NCBI GenBank assembly: GCA_964016885.1 | Contig: OZ024748.1 | Span: 4,216,001 to 4,280,000 of the forward strand | Direction: 5' to 3' | Source: Eledone cirrhosa | Lineage: Eukaryota | Length of the DNA stretch: 64,000 nt | In this document: one piece after another, positions 1 to 14,969 of the stretch | Position numbering within the stretch: the stretch's first letter is position 1 | How the letters are laid out: every line of letters begins with the position of its first letter | The notes under the pieces: generated by a model | Seen by the model: the letters and a program-made list of their open reading frames with translations, nothing else | Told to the model about the DNA's origin: nothing | Databases searched by the model: none | Made by a program: the position numbers and the translations under genes

Positions 1-1268
1 TTTGGGTGGTTGGTTGGGTGGTTGGTTGGGTGGTTGGTTGGGTGGTTGGTTGGGTGGTTGGTTGGGTGGTTGGGTGGTTGGTTGGGTGGTTGGTTGGGTG
101 GTTGGTTGGGTGGTTGGTTGGGTGGTTGGTTGGGTGGTTGGGTGGTTGGTTGGGTGGTTGGGTGGTTGGGTGGTTGGGTGGTTGGGTGGTTGGTTGGTTG
201 GTTGGGTGGTTGGGTGGTTGGTTGGGTGGTTGGGTGGTTGGGTGGTTGGTTGGTTGGGTGGTTGGGTGGTTGGGTGGTTGGGTGGTTGGTTGGGTGGTTG
301 GTTGGGTGGTTGGTTGGGTGGTTGGGTGGTTGGTTGGGTGGTTGGGTGGTTGGGTGGTTGGGTGGTTGGGTGGTTGGTTGGTTGGTTGGGTGGTTGGGTG
401 GTTGGTTGGGTGGTTGGGTGGTTGGGTGGTTGGTTGGTTGGGTGGTTGGGTGGTTGGGTGGTTGGGTGGTTGGTTGGGTGGTTGGGTGGTTGGTTGGGTG
501 GTTGGTTGGTTGGTTGGTTGGTTGGGTGGTTGGGTGGTTGGTTGGGTGGTTGGTTGGTTGGTTGGGTGGTTGGGTGGTTGGTTGTTTGGTTGGGTGGTTG
601 GGTGGTTGGTTGGGTGGTTGGGTGTTTGGTTGGGTGGTTGGGTGGTTGGTTGGGTGGTTGGTTGGTTGGTTGGTTGGTTGGGTGGTTGGGTGGTTGGTTG
701 GGTGGTTGGTTGGGTGGTTGGTTGGGTGGTTGGGTGGTTGGTTGGGTGGTTGGGTGGTTGGGTGGTTGGGTGGTTGGGTGGTTGGTTGGTTGGTTGGGTG
801 GTTGGGTGGTTGGTTGGGTGGTTGGGTGGTTGGGTGGTTGGTTGGGTGGTTGGGTGGTTGGGTGGTTGGGTGGTTGGGTGGTTGGTTGGTTGGTTGGGTG
901 GTTGGGTGGTTGGTTGGGTGGTTGGGTGGTTGGGTGGTTGGTTGGTTGGGTGGTTGGGTGGTTGGGTGGTTGGGTGGTTGGTTGGGTGGTTGGGTGGTTG
1001 GTTGGGTGGTTGGTTGGTTGGTTGGTTGGTTGGGTGGTTGGGTGGTTGGTTGGGTGGTTGGTTGGTTGGTTGGGTGGTTGGGTGGTTGGTTGTTTGGTTG
1101 GGTGGTTGGGTGGTTGGTTGGGTGGTTGGGTGTTTGGTTGGGTGGTTGGGTGGTTGGTTGGGTGGTTGGTTGGTTGGTTGGTTGGTTGGGTGGTTGGGTG
1201 GTTGGTTGGGTGGTTGGTTGGTTGGTTGGGTGGTTGGGTGGTTGGTTGTTTGGTTGGTTGGGTGGTTG

Positions 1269-1300
<32 letters not shown>

Positions 1301-1492
1301 GGTGGTTGGTTGGGTGGTTGGTTGGTTGGTTGGTTGGTTGGTTGGGTGGTTGGGTGGTTGGTTGGGTGGTTGGTTGGTTGGTTGGTTGGTTGGTTGGTTG
1401 GGTGGTTGGGTGGTTGGTTGGGTGGTTGGGTGGTTGGTTGGGTGGTTGGGTGGTTGGTTGTTTGGTTGGTTGGGTGGGTGATTGGGTGGTTG

Positions 1493-1524
<32 letters not shown>

Positions 1525-1528
1525 GGTG

Positions 1529-1560
<32 letters not shown>

Positions 1561-1588
1561 GGTGGTTGAGTGGTTGGTTGGTTGGGTG

Positions 1589-1620
<32 letters not shown>

Positions 1621-1712
1621 GGTGTTTGGTTGGTTGGTTGGTTGGGTGGTTGGTTGGGTGGTTGGGTGGTTGGTTGGGTGGTTGGTTGGTTGGGTGGTTG
1701 GGTGGTTGGGTG

Positions 1713-1744
<32 letters not shown>

Positions 1745-1944
1745 GGTGGTTGGTTGGGTGGTTGGGTGGTTGGTTGGGTGGTTGGTTGGTTGGGTGGTTG
1801 GGTGGTTGGTTGGGTGATTGGGTGGTTGGTTGGGTGGTTGGTTGGGTGGTTGGTTGGGTGGTTGGTTGGGTGGTTGGTTGGGTGGTTGGTTGGGTGGTTG
1901 GTTGGGTGGTTGGTTGGGTGGTTGGTTGGGTGGTTGGTTGGGTG

Positions 1945-1976
<32 letters not shown>

Positions 1977-1996
1977 GGTGGTTGGTTGGGTGGTTG

Positions 1997-2028
<32 letters not shown>

Positions 2029-2044
2029 GGTGGTTGGTTGGGTG

Positions 2045-2076
<32 letters not shown>

Positions 2077-2104
2077 GGTGGTTGGTTGGGTGGTTGGTTG
2101 GGTG

Positions 2105-2136
<32 letters not shown>

Positions 2137-2152
2137 GGTGGTTGGTTGGGTG

Positions 2153-2184
<32 letters not shown>

Positions 2185-2348
2185 GGTGGTTGGTTGGGTG
2201 GTTGGTTGGGTGGTTGGTTGGGTGGTTGGGTGGTTGGTTGGGTGGTTGGTTGGTTGGGTGGTTGGTTGGGTGGTTGGTTGGGTGGTTGGTTGGGTGGTTG
2301 GTTGGGTGGTTGGTTGGGTGGTTGGTTGGTTGGGTGGTTGGTTGGGTG

Positions 2349-2380
<32 letters not shown>

Positions 2381-2592
2381 GGTGGTTGGTTGGGTGGTTG
2401 GTTGGGTGGTTGGTTGGTTGGGTGTTTGGTTGGTTGGGTGGGTGATTGGGTGGTTGGTTGGTTGGGTGGTTGGTTGGGTGGTTGGTTGGGTGGTTGGTTG
2501 GGTGGTTGGGTGGTTGGTTGGGTGGGTGGTTGGGTGGTTGGTTGGGTGGTTGGGTGGTTGGTTGGGTGGTTGGTTGGGTGGTTGGTTGGGTG

Positions 2593-2624
<32 letters not shown>

Positions 2625-2883
2625 GGTGGTTGGTTGGGTGGGTGGTTGGTTGGGTGGTTGGGTGGGTGTTTGGGTGGTTAGGTGGTTGGTTGGTTGGGTG
2701 GTGGTTGGGTGGTTGGGTGGTTGGATGGGTGGTTGGTTGGGTGGTTGGGTGGTTGGGTGGGTGGTTGGGTGGTTGGGTGGTTGGGTGGTTGGTTGGGTGG
2801 TTGGGTGGTTGGGTGGTTAGTTGGGTGGTTGGGTGGTTGGTTTGGTGGTTGGGTGGTTGGGTGGGTGGTTGGGTGGTTGGGTG

Positions 2884-2914
<31 letters not shown>

Positions 2915-2918
2915 CGTT

Positions 2919-2920
<2 letters not shown>
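1..2920. repeat. G/T-only satellite of mixed TTGG and TTGGGTGG units
   Basis: Almost A/C-free array; open in all + frames only because it lacks stop codons. Confidence 0.95.
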
Positions 2921-2976
<56 letters not shown>

Positions 2977-3015
2977 CTCTGTGAGTGTGAGTAACTGTGT
3001 GTGTTTGAGTGAGTG

Positions 3016-3049
<34 letters not shown>

Positions 3050-3189
3050 TTTTGTGTGTATGTCTCCCCAGACAATGTCATCCATTGTAGATTAAGAAAG
3101 ATTTTGACTACTATTTCTAGCTAGCAGATTTAAATGACCACTTTGAGGTGTCCTGTTTATTGTGTTGTCTGAGATTTGGTCACATCTGC

Positions 3190-3915
3190 TTACTGCTGCT
3201 GCTGCTTCTACTGCCACTGCTGCTACTACTGCTGCTACTGCTGCTACTGCTGCTGCTGTTGTGGGTACTGATGGCAGATGGTGACATTGATGTTATTGGT
3301 TGTGTTGATGGTGACGGTGGTAGTGATGGTGATGGTGGTGATGGTGATGAATGTTGAGATGAAGGTGGAGTTGGTGGTAGTGATGGTGGTGCAAGGTTTG
3401 GAGGTGGTGATGGTGATCGTGGTGGTGTTGGTGGTAGTGTTGATGTTGTTGGTGGTGGTGTTAGTAGTGGAAGTGATGGTGGTAGTGTTTATAGTGGCGG
3501 TGGTGGTAGTAGTGTTGTTGTTGGTGGTGGTGTTGGTAGTGGGGTGGGTGGGTGGGGGGGGTAGTGTTGTTGTTGGTGGTGGTGTTAGTAGTGGCAGCGG
3601 TGGTGGTAGTGGCAGCGGTGGTGGTAGTGTTGGTGGTGGTGTTGGTAGTGGCGGTAGTGGTGGTAGTGTTGGTGGTTATGGTGGTGGTGGTGTTGGTAGT
3701 GGCGGTGGTGGTAGTAGTGTTGATAGTAGTGGTGCTAGTGTAGGTAGTGGCATTGGTGTTGGTAGTGTTGTTGTTGTTGGTGGTGGTGATGGTGAACTTG
3801 GTGGTGGTGATGTTGTTGATAGTGGCGGTGGTGGTGGTAGTGGCGGTAGTGGTAGTGTTGGTGGTGGTGGTGGTAGTAGTATTGTTGTTGTTGTTGGTGG
3901 TGGTGGTGGTGGAGT
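3190..3915. repeat. Degenerate (CTG)n/(GGT)n trinucleotide low-complexity tract
   Basis: Direct reading; gives poly-L/V/G ORFs. Confidence 0.9.
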
Positions 3916-4199
3916 AGCCGAGGCTCGGCTGTAATTATAGATAGTTTAACCTAGTTCTATTGATGATGATGGGACTGAGATATGGAGCAAAGGTGTGGAG
4001 GTGTAAGGGAGGGGGGGGGGGGGCATATGTAAGTTTATGTAAGTGGCTGCACGTGTGAGTGCGTATGTATATGTGAGTGCATATGTATATGTGTGTGTTT
4101 GTGTTGTGTTTGTGTTTATTAGATTTTATGTATGAACTGATGACGACAGAATGATTGATAGAGAGAAAAAGAGAGAGATAGAGAGGTTTATACATATAT

Positions 4200-4237
<38 letters not shown>

Positions 4238-4498
4238 AAAATCACGAGCACTCTATCTCAAAATTAATTTTGAAAAGCATAAGAAATGCGCAACCGGTAA
4301 AAACTTAAAACTAAAACTGAATACTAACCAATACTTATTACTAATTTATACTTACTCCTAATTAAACTATTTTTCACTGGGAAAAAATTGGAGTCTTTTT
4401 TTTTTAAATATATTTTTATTTGGTTCCTCTACCGGTGTCGCAGTTCTTGTGCTTTTCAAAGGTAGAATTGAGATGGAGGGTTTGTGGTTTTTATCCCA
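4238..4498. mobile_element. (TA)n-flanked element with two convergent, diverged HHR-like motifs (U3-A8 core variant)
   Basis: + strand TTGAAAA-gcat/atgc-G(c)AA-CCGG-TA at 4270-4299; reverse copy ~4424-4468; homologue at 44775-44897. Confidence 0.55.
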
Positions 4499-4545
4499 TA
4501 TATATATATATATATATATACATACATATATATATACACACACAC

Positions 4546-4578
<33 letters not shown>

Positions 4579-5071
4579 CACACACATATATATGCACACA
4601 CACACACATATATATATACATATATACATATATATATGCCTATATATACATATTTACACACACACTACGTTATACATATATATTTATTTACATATACATA
4701 TATATATATATATATATATTTAGATTTGCACACACCTAGATGCACCCGCACACGCACACACACACATAAACAAACATACACATATAGAAACACACACAAA
4801 CAAAGCCACAACATATTTCTATTCAGCTCCGTTCCATTCACATGTTCTCCTATTCTGTCATTCCGATATTCTCTTCTAGCTGTTCTTTTATTTATCTGTC
4901 CTAAATTAGATGGAACCAATTCATTTATTTATAAATCTGTTATTCAATTTTTGATATCAATCATTCTTTCTTCCCCTTCTCTCCCATCTTTCTCGCACTA
5001 TATAGACACATCTATACATACATATAATCGTACATATATACATATATATGTATAGATATATATATGCATTT

Positions 5072-5518
<447 letters not shown>

Positions 5519-5734
5519 GGAAAATAGTAAAATCGAATCTCTGGCGGTTTGCAAGTAAATTCGGCCTACTTATATGAAATGATGAGTTAGCAAAGCACTC
5601 GATAAGTTGGGGCCTTAGAGTAATAACATACGTTTAAATAGCTTGACAAATCGAACATTGTGGTAGGCGAATCTAACATACAATATAGACCAAAGTAACG
5701 ATAGAACTAATCAGGTTGAGAAATATACACCTGG

Positions 5735-5778
<44 letters not shown>

Positions 5779-6255
5779 GTAAACAAATCCTTGTTGCTCC
5801 ATCTAGTCTATTCACCACCATATTCACCATATATATATATATATATATATATATACAAAAGGAACTACAGCATAATCGATGCTCTGGCTGCAACTAATAT
5901 ATATATATATATATATATATATAAAGAATGATGTGCTCATGCGCAGAGATGCTATAAAATAGTCTATAAAATAAGGTGAAGACCCTTAAAGACGGAAAAA
6001 TAGTTTTACTGCAGTCGCTACGAGGAATCGAACCTATATCTCCCAGATATCGACTAAACTATTAAGCCAAGAGAACAGTGACAACTCTTACCGTTTCACT
6101 TTAAGTATATTATATGATAGACAGTAAAATAAATATGATTTAAAATGAAAGGAAATATTCGATGATGAAATTTTTTCACATATATTTAGAAGATCTTTTA
6201 AAATTATATAAATGACAAGGAAGTTATGGCTAAAGAAATTTTATGAGTATTGACG

Positions 6256-6382
6256 TAAATTTTAGCCTGAGAGTGGGGTTTAGAACCCTCTAAGAAATGG
6301 AAAAAGATGTACATGTACATCAATACTTATCTTTTTCCATTTCGTAGAGTCTTCTAAACCCCACTATCAGGCTTAAATTTAT
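6256..6382. mobile_element. Fold-back inverted repeat element, same family as 52128-52311
   Basis: ~50-bp arms TTAGCCTGA..GGGGTTTAGAACCCTC..TGGAAAAAGAT and reverse complement. Confidence 0.7.
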
Positions 6383-6649
6383 TTAGTTAAAAATACGGCG
6401 ATATCTTCTATTTGTAACTTTATATAAATGAGTATAACTTTATTTTACTAATACAAACAATACAACAATTCTGATAAAAACTGTATAATATAGAGGAAAT
6501 ATAATAGGAAAAGAAGAGAATAAGGAAAAAATGAATTATGCAATGAAAGACAGGAAAAAGAGGAAGGAAGGAGCTACAGACTTCACACTTTAGTCTGAGT
6601 GGTATTTCAACTTAACCCCGCGGACACAATGACAAAGGTATTGCACCAC

Positions 6650-7055
6650 ACTCGTGCAATCTGCTGTGTGCATATTTGATTTACACAGTGAAATGTAGCG
6701 CATGTATATCTATTTGTTGCATATATATTTCTTTGTTACAAAGTGCAATGTGGTGCAAATATATGCCTTTGTTACAAAGTGCAATCTGTTGCATATATAT
6801 GTCTGTTACAAAGTGCAATGTGGTGCATATATATTCCTTTGTTACAAAATGCAATGTGTTGTGGTGCATATATGTCTTTGTTACAAAGTGCAATTTGCTG
6901 CATGTCTCTGTTAAAAAGTGCAATCTGCTGTATGTCTTTATTACATAGTGCAATGTGGTGCATATATATGTCTGTTACAAAGTGCAACCTGTTGCACACA
7001 TATATATATATATCTTTGTTACAAATTGTAATGTGATGTATATATACTACTTTGT
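6650..7055. repeat. ~30-bp minisatellite (TTTGTTACAAAGTGCAATGTGGTGCATATATATGTC-like)
   Basis: About a dozen degenerate tandem copies. Confidence 0.9.
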
Positions 7056-7781
7056 TGCAGAATGAAAAGGGTCTTAGGCAGTCCCCTTTCTTAACTGGCT
7101 TAACCGTAACATCCCCTCCCATTGTCACCACACCTCAATCTACCCTAAACTCCATAAATATGCAATATTGTGCTGACTGACATAAAAAAATCAATACCAT
7201 TATTGTCCAACAGATAAGTAACCTGTTGTATCCGTCAGTCAGTACAGCAGAATCTCCCTTAGCACATTTCATTTATTCATATTTATTTTCTAATTATGCA
7301 AATTAGACTGTGTAAAATTATTTCTACTTTTATTCTCTCTATATAAAAATCTTTGTCCCCGGAGAAATAGACTGGGTAAGTGATTTAATAAACCTCTCAC
7401 AAATCCAGTTTAATATCACAGTTAGACCATTTCAGAAAGAAGAAGAAGAAGAAGAAGAAGAAGAAGAAGAAGAAGAAGAAGAAAAAGAAGACCCTTAGGT
7501 AATTTTAAGGGAGTTCCCATTATTACAAGAATTCGGTTCACAACTCCAATACGAGAAGTATATTTCCCCCTATTCCCAGTTGTCTCAAATACTATTGCAA
7601 TAGTTAACATGCACTAAACTTTTCTCCCGGTTTGATGGGAATAAAAAACGAGAGGCTTGAGTAGACGAATATAAAATGCTGATGAGGCTGAATAGATAGA
7701 AACATGTCCATGGAAATTAACTTAAATGGATTAAATAAATTAATCTCCAATACACAGTATACATAAATATATGTCTGTATG

Positions 7782-7897
<116 letters not shown>

Positions 7898-8049
7898 TGA
7901 GAGAGAGAGAGAGAGTAGAGAAAGATATATATAAATACTAACACACACATATATACATATATGTACATATACACACGCACATACACACGCATACATATGA
8001 GTATCTTTATGTATATATATAGAAATATGTATACATATATATAATGTGC

Positions 8050-8095
<46 letters not shown>

Positions 8096-8427
8096 ATACA
8101 TACACATATATATGTATATATATTTATTATATATATGTGCGTGTGTATATGTATATATTATATATATATGTGTATGTGTGTGTGTGTTGTGTATACATGT
8201 GTGTGTGTTGTGTATACATTGTGTGTGTCTTGTGTATACATATGTGTGTGTGTTGTATATACATATGCGTATATATATATATATTTGTCGTTGAAATCTG
8301 AATATCTCAAATATGGAATTTGAAACGTCTCGTTTCGTTTCCAGCGTTAAACTTTGAACTTTAAATGTATTCAACATTGAATAATATTTCCCGGGGGGTT
8401 TATTTTTTTTTCACACATCGATACACA

Positions 8428-8481
8428 CGCTTGCTGATGAGAATAGGAGCATGTAGGATTTGAAACTACGTTGTATAGGCG
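8428..8481 (+). ncRNA. Type I hammerhead ribozyme motif
   Basis: cgcttg-CTGATGA-gaat..attt-GAAA-c(tacgtt)g-TA-taggcg; stem I pairs with G-U wobbles. Confidence 0.6.
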
Positions 8482-8509
8482 GCTACACACTTGGCTGATT
8501 TTCATATAT

Positions 8510-9850
8510 TGCATTACAATATATTATACTGTATTATATTATATTATATTATATTATATTACATTATATTTTCTTATGTTATATTATGTTATATTAAATT
8601 ATAATCCCGCCGAGGTTGACTTTGCCTTTCATCCTTACGGGGCCGATAAAATAAAGTACCAGTAATGCACTGGGTAATTGCTGGCTTTGTGCCTAAAGTA
8701 GAAATAATTATTTATACTATATCATATTTATATTATATATAGTATATTATATTTTATATTATATTATATTATATTTCATTATATTTTCATTATGTATATT
8801 ATGTTATATTAAATTATATTATTTTATACTATATCATATTATATTATATATAGTATATTATATTTTATATCATATTATATTATATTTCATTATATTTTCT
8901 TATGTTATATTATGTTATATTAAAATTATATTAAATTATATTATTTTATACTATATCATATTATATGTATATATTAGTATATTATATTTTATATCATATT
9001 ATATTATATTTCATTATATTTTCTTATGTTATATTATGTTATATTAAATTATATTATATTATACTATATCATATTATATTATATATAGTATATTATATTT
9101 TATATCATATTATATTATATTTCATTATATTTTCTTATGTTATATTATGTTATATTAAATTATATTATTTTATACTATATCATATTATATTATATATAGT
9201 ATATTATATTGTATATTATATTATATTATATTTCATTATATTTTCTTATGTTTTATTATGTTATATTAAATTATATTATTTTATACTATATCATATTATA
9301 TTATATATAGTATATTATGATTTTATATTATATTATACTTGTATTATATTATATTAAATTATATTAAACTATATTTTATTATATTATATTATACAATAAT
9401 ATATAATACTATATTATATTATATTTAGTTATGTTATATTATGTTACTATATGGTACTATATTACTTTGTATTATATTATTATATTATATTATATTATAA
9501 TATAATATAATATAATTATAATATAAAAGGTTAACTTTGCCTTTCATCCTTACGGGGTCGATAAAATAAAGTACCAGTAATACACTGGGTAATTGCTGGC
9601 TTTGTGCCAAAAGTAGAAACAATTATATTAGATTATATTATATTATACAATAATATATAACATTATATTATATGTAATATTATATTATATTTAATTACGT
9701 GATATCATGTTATACTATATGGTATTATATTACTTTTCATTATATTATTATATTTCACAATATATTAAACCATTCCGTGTTATATTACATTATACAATAC
9801 AATATTATATTTCATTATATGATATGTTTAATAATACTATATTATATTGA
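8510..9850. repeat. (ATATT)n-derived AT-rich array with ~110-bp higher-order unit and two SINE 3' fragments (8604-8710, 9528-9625)
   Basis: TAGTATATTA recurs about every 110-120 bp between 8740 and 9310. Confidence 0.8.
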
Positions 9851-10126
9851 TATATAGATATCTTTCATACATAACTGTATGAATATGTACAAGTATACAT
9901 ACATGCTCAAATACACATACATGTATATATATATATATACTATATATATATACATACACACACACCACACACACACATATATATGATGTATACATTGTAT
10001 TCATATATGTGTATACGCAAGTATGGATTCAAATAGATGTATATATATATATATGTGTGTATATATATATGTGTGTGTGCGTATATATATATATGTGTGT
10101 GTATATATATATCTGAATATATATAT

Positions 10127-10162
<36 letters not shown>

Positions 10163-10537
10163 GATAGATAGATAGATATAGATAGATATACATATATATA
10201 CGTATGTCCGGATATAAACATATATGTATATATGATATAAACATATATGTATATATGTATATATGCATGTATGTATATAATGTCTGTATCTGTCAGGTGT
10301 ATATGCTTGTGTAGAATTAAATCGCTAAATCGAATGTTCATTTTGAGTGAAAAACGTGCAGATTAAATGATGGTTAAAACTATTTAAAATTACTTTAAAT
10401 ATTCATATGCAATGTTGAAAATATCTGTTAATGTTTCTCAGACTCAAAGAATATCAAATACTGGGCAGGGCACTTCTTCAAAGATTTGAAAAATTCTAAA
10501 ATTCCCTTAATATATATATATATTTTTGTTTTTTTTG

Positions 10538-10727
10538 TTTTATAGAAGGAGCTTCTACAAGACTAGTACTGTTTCATTCAGATGAGCTTCCTGACGATTT
10601 CATCTGAATGAAACAGTACTAGTCCTGTAGAAGCTCCTTCTATAAAATAAAAAAAATGTTACTCTGCCATGTATTGAGTACCTTACTTACTGTGGTTATC
10701 CCCGACTCAACCCGGGACCTACGTATA
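10538..10727 (+). mobile_element. Family A PLE-like element: inverted 5' partial copy + HHR + tail, next to (TA)n
   Basis: Arms 10538-10585 and 10600-10647 are reverse complements; homologues at 15893-16030, 21509-21595, 25478-25593, 37826-37970. Confidence 0.8.
10584..10636 (+). ncRNA. Type I hammerhead ribozyme (family A)
   Basis: gagcttc-CTGACGA-tttcatctgaat-GAAA-cag(tactagtc)ctg-TA-gaagctc; 7-bp stem I, predicted GUA cleavage after 10629. Confidence 0.85.
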
Positions 10728-10759
10728 ATATATATATAACGAGGTAGACAATTATAGAC

Positions 10760-10829
<70 letters not shown>

Positions 10830-11113
10830 GAATATAAAAGTGGAATAACACAGATATATACATATATGTGTTCAAATCGTAAGGGATTCGCTAGGGTGAA
10901 AAATTTCTTTCCTTGAGCTATTTAACTGTAAGAGACTATTTTGTGTTTCTAACTCAATATATACTTTATATATATATATATATATATGTATATATGAAAC
11001 GGCCGGAGCTATGCCGTCGGGGTCCTGAATCTTTTCATATATATATATATATATATATATGGAAAAGTAGTACAAATTTGGTATCCAAAGGTTTAGAACA
11101 CTAAGCCTATAGT

Positions 11114-11338
11114 AGGATTTAAGTATAATTAGCTACAAAAGTGACATGCAGAGGTATTTAAGTTTCGTTGAGTTCTTTTCGTTGAATATTTACATAAAAA
11201 ATACGTGTATGTATGTAATATATGTCTAGTTGGTTGTTTGCTCCAACGTATTTTGATGTTAAAAACTCAACGAAAAGAACTCAACGAAACTTAAATACCT
11301 CTGCATGTCACTGTTGTAGCTAATTATACTTAAATCCT
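11114..11338. mobile_element. Long inverted repeat element (~73-bp arms), possible decayed minimal HHR
   Basis: 11114-11186 is the reverse complement of ~11266-11338; gtatt-TTGATGT...GAAACTTA-aatac in the right half. Confidence 0.65.
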
Positions 11339-11396
11339 CCTAGTCCAGTAATAGCCGCCGAACGGCTTGAGCTCTGCCGTCGGGGTTAAACTTTTT

Positions 11397-11442
<46 letters not shown>

Positions 11443-11504
11443 TATATATATATATACATATATACGTATATATGCATATATATTAATGTATGTATGTATA
11501 TATG

Positions 11505-11547
<43 letters not shown>

Positions 11548-11554
11548 TTATATA

Positions 11555-11646
<92 letters not shown>

Positions 11647-12076
11647 CATACATACATACATACATATATACATACATACATACATACATACACATATATA
11701 TTTAAACAGTCCTACAATCATACAAATGATATAAATATTTATTAACATAATATATATACATACGTAGATATATACCTGTAATATACGAATTCATATTGGC
11801 GTGTGTGTGTGCCTGAAAACATGTATGTATGTATGCATGCATGTATGTATATACACATATATGTATATATATGTATGTATGAGTGTGTAGAGAGGTATAT
11901 AACATAATACATATTTCATAGTTAAATGCCATGGCGTTTAAACAACATTTATTGCCTTGTTCAATAATCCATGTAGAAAGTAATGGAGAGACACACCCAT
12001 TAACATACAATATAATAGACTACTGCTTCTACCTAGAGGGATTCCACCCTACCACCACCATCCACACACACTTACG

Positions 12077-12123
<47 letters not shown>

Positions 12124-12210
12124 ATGATATATATATATAAATATACATATGTATATATATATATATAATTCGTTTTTAAATTTATTGGCAACATTACCCT
12201 TGCAAAGAAT

Positions 12211-12266
<56 letters not shown>

Positions 12267-12433
12267 CATAAATATATATATATTTATGTAATAAACAACA
12301 TAAGGCAATTATTTCATTTACCCAGTGGTTTCTTAAAAGCAAAAAATTTTGTGTTTATTACATAACTATTAAGCTCTGTTACCTACATAGAGCATTCATA
12401 CATATATATATATATATATATACATTATATCTT

Positions 12434-12484
<51 letters not shown>

Positions 12485-12551
12485 TTTATAAAAATAACAT
12501 TAAAGTTTAAGCAAAGAATCGGTGGATTTTAGTCTTCAAATTTATTATTAT

Positions 12552-12635
<84 letters not shown>

Positions 12636-12675
12636 TATCTTTATAAATATATATATATATATACATATATATCTT

Positions 12676-12719
<44 letters not shown>

Positions 12720-13184
12720 TATCTTTATATGTATATATATATATATATACACACACACGCACACACACATATATATATACACAAACATATATATAATATG
12801 TATATATAAATATATTTAATATAAAATATATATATAAATATATAAATATATTTAATATAATATAATATATATATATATAAATATATATATACACACACAT
12901 GTATATATATGTATATACTTTATTAATATCTATTATATATATATATACATATATATCTATATCTCTCTCTCTCTATATATTATAAGATAGATATATATAA
13001 TATATTATATACATATATGATATGTATATTTATTAGATAGTTATGTGTGTGCGTGTGTGTAAACTTTATAAATATATAATTTATATATATATATATACTT
13101 TGTACATATCTAATATATATATATACAATATAACTGTATAATTGTGTACAATTGCATCCTATGTTTTGTTTATTATTTTTATAT

Positions 13185-13227
<43 letters not shown>

Positions 13228-13250
13228 ATATGTATGCATATATGTATGTG

Positions 13251-13303
<53 letters not shown>

Positions 13304-13326
13304 ATATATGCATATATCAATCGTGC

Positions 13327-13360
<34 letters not shown>

Positions 13361-13949
13361 GCACGATTGAGTCACCAGTAAACATACGATTGCCCTTTCA
13401 ATTTTCACGACAATTTAAAGATTTTTGGGGTGGGGTTAAATTCTTTATCGGCAGTTTTCCGAGTGGTTAAACATTTACGTAACCCCTATCCTATTAAACC
13501 CATAAATATTAATTATCAAACATAAAATATCCCTAATTTCAATTGAATTGAGGTATTTAAATTGAAGGCATTGTATCATGTAGTTTATAATTCAATAAAT
13601 GATTACTATTGTTGTTAGTGTTGGTTCTCCGTCGGTTTCAAGCGATGAGGGTTCCAACAACGGAACAACTGTCTTGTCGATTTCGTACAAGTTATTAAAT
13701 ATAAGAATGATATTTAAAAAATTATTTCTAGGGTCTAATTATATTAATGTAGAAATGACATACAGGATTAAATATATGGGAAATTTGGAAAACTAACTAT
13801 TTACAGGGACAAATGTAGGGTTAGAACCCAGGAACGTGTAATAGGAAGTTAGTTTGTTATTGTAACAACAGGCCTGAGATCGGAAATTAATTGTATGTGA
13901 GTGTATATTTTATATAGTTATATATATATATATCTATCTATATATATAT

Positions 13950-14148
13950 AAGCAGAGGTTATATTTAATTTGTTGGAATTCAACAAGCTTAACATTTTTT
14001 TTATAACTGATATAAAGGACTCAACAGAGTAGTGGAGTAAATACACAATATATTAATAAATGGAAACTATATTTATAAAACCATTGAAATATGTATAATA
14101 AAATAAATATGGTTTTATAAATATAGTTTCCATTTATTAATATATTGT
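13950..14148. mobile_element. Family G element fragment with local inversion
   Basis: Shares sequence with 20400-20650, 34925-35175 and 51640-52090; ~39-bp inverted arms around GAAATATGTATA. Confidence 0.7.
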
Positions 14149-14392
14149 ATATATATATATATATATTTATATTTCTTCCGTAAACTCTGCCGTTTGTTTT
14201 GTTTGTTTTGTTATTACTTATATATATAATAAAAAATGGCTTCCCCGACGGTCGAGTTCCAGCCGTTTCAACAGCTAGTTCCAGTTGAGTCTGTTGAAAC
14301 TGCAAGAGTTGAAACGTCGGGACCTCGACTTTTAATAATATAACCATACTCTACTACCCCAAGTATCGAGTACTCTGTTAAGTAATGGCCTA

Positions 14393-14592
14393 NNNNNNNN
14401 NNNNNNNNNNNNNNNNNNNNNNNNNNNNNNNNNNNNNNNNNNNNNNNNNNNNNNNNNNNNNNNNNNNNNNNNNNNNNNNNNNNNNNNNNNNNNNNNNNNN
14501 NNNNNNNNNNNNNNNNNNNNNNNNNNNNNNNNNNNNNNNNNNNNNNNNNNNNNNNNNNNNNNNNNNNNNNNNNNNNNNNNNNNNNNNNNNNN
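14393..14592. other. Assembly gap (200 N)
   Basis: Direct reading. Confidence 1.
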
Positions 14593-14698
14593 ATATCAAG
14601 ACATACATACATGCAATTAAACACATACAGGCATATAATCACTGAGAGTGTACATAAATATCTCAATTGGATTAACTAAGCTTGGCTCTGTGTATCTA

Positions 14699-14748
<50 letters not shown>

Positions 14749-14784
14749 TAGTTATGTAATAAATAAACAACATAAGATAATTAT

Positions 14785-14843
14785 TTCATTTACCAGTGGT
14801 TTCTTGAAAGCAAACAAAATTTGCTTTCAGTCATCAGAATGAA
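14785..14843 (-). ncRNA. Type I hammerhead ribozyme (family F, minus arm)
   Basis: Reverse complement: ttcatt-CTGATGA-ctgaaagcaaattttgtttgctttcaa-GAAA-cca(c)tgg-TA-aatgaa; perfect stem I, 10-bp stem II. Confidence 0.9.
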
Positions 14844-14910
14844 AAAAATCCTGGTGTATTTATTGACAGTGGATTTTAAAATCCACTGTCAATAAATACA
14901 CCACGATTTT

Positions 14911-14969
14911 TTCACTCTGATGACTGAAAGCAAATTTTGTTTGCTTTCAAGAAACCACTGGTAAATGAA
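14911..14969 (+). ncRNA. Type I hammerhead ribozyme (family F, plus arm)
   Basis: ttcact-CTGATGA-ctgaaagcaaattttgtttgctttcaa-GAAA-ccactgg-TA-aatgaa (one stem I mismatch). Confidence 0.85.

Noticed and set aside
2-3016. 1004-aa Gly/Trp/Val/Leu ORF and overlapping ORFs
   Set aside because: Translation of an A-free satellite; open in all three frames and has no ATG
5578-5610. ATGATGAG...CTCGATA as a + strand HHR
   Set aside because: Two core mismatches and no stem I or III pairing
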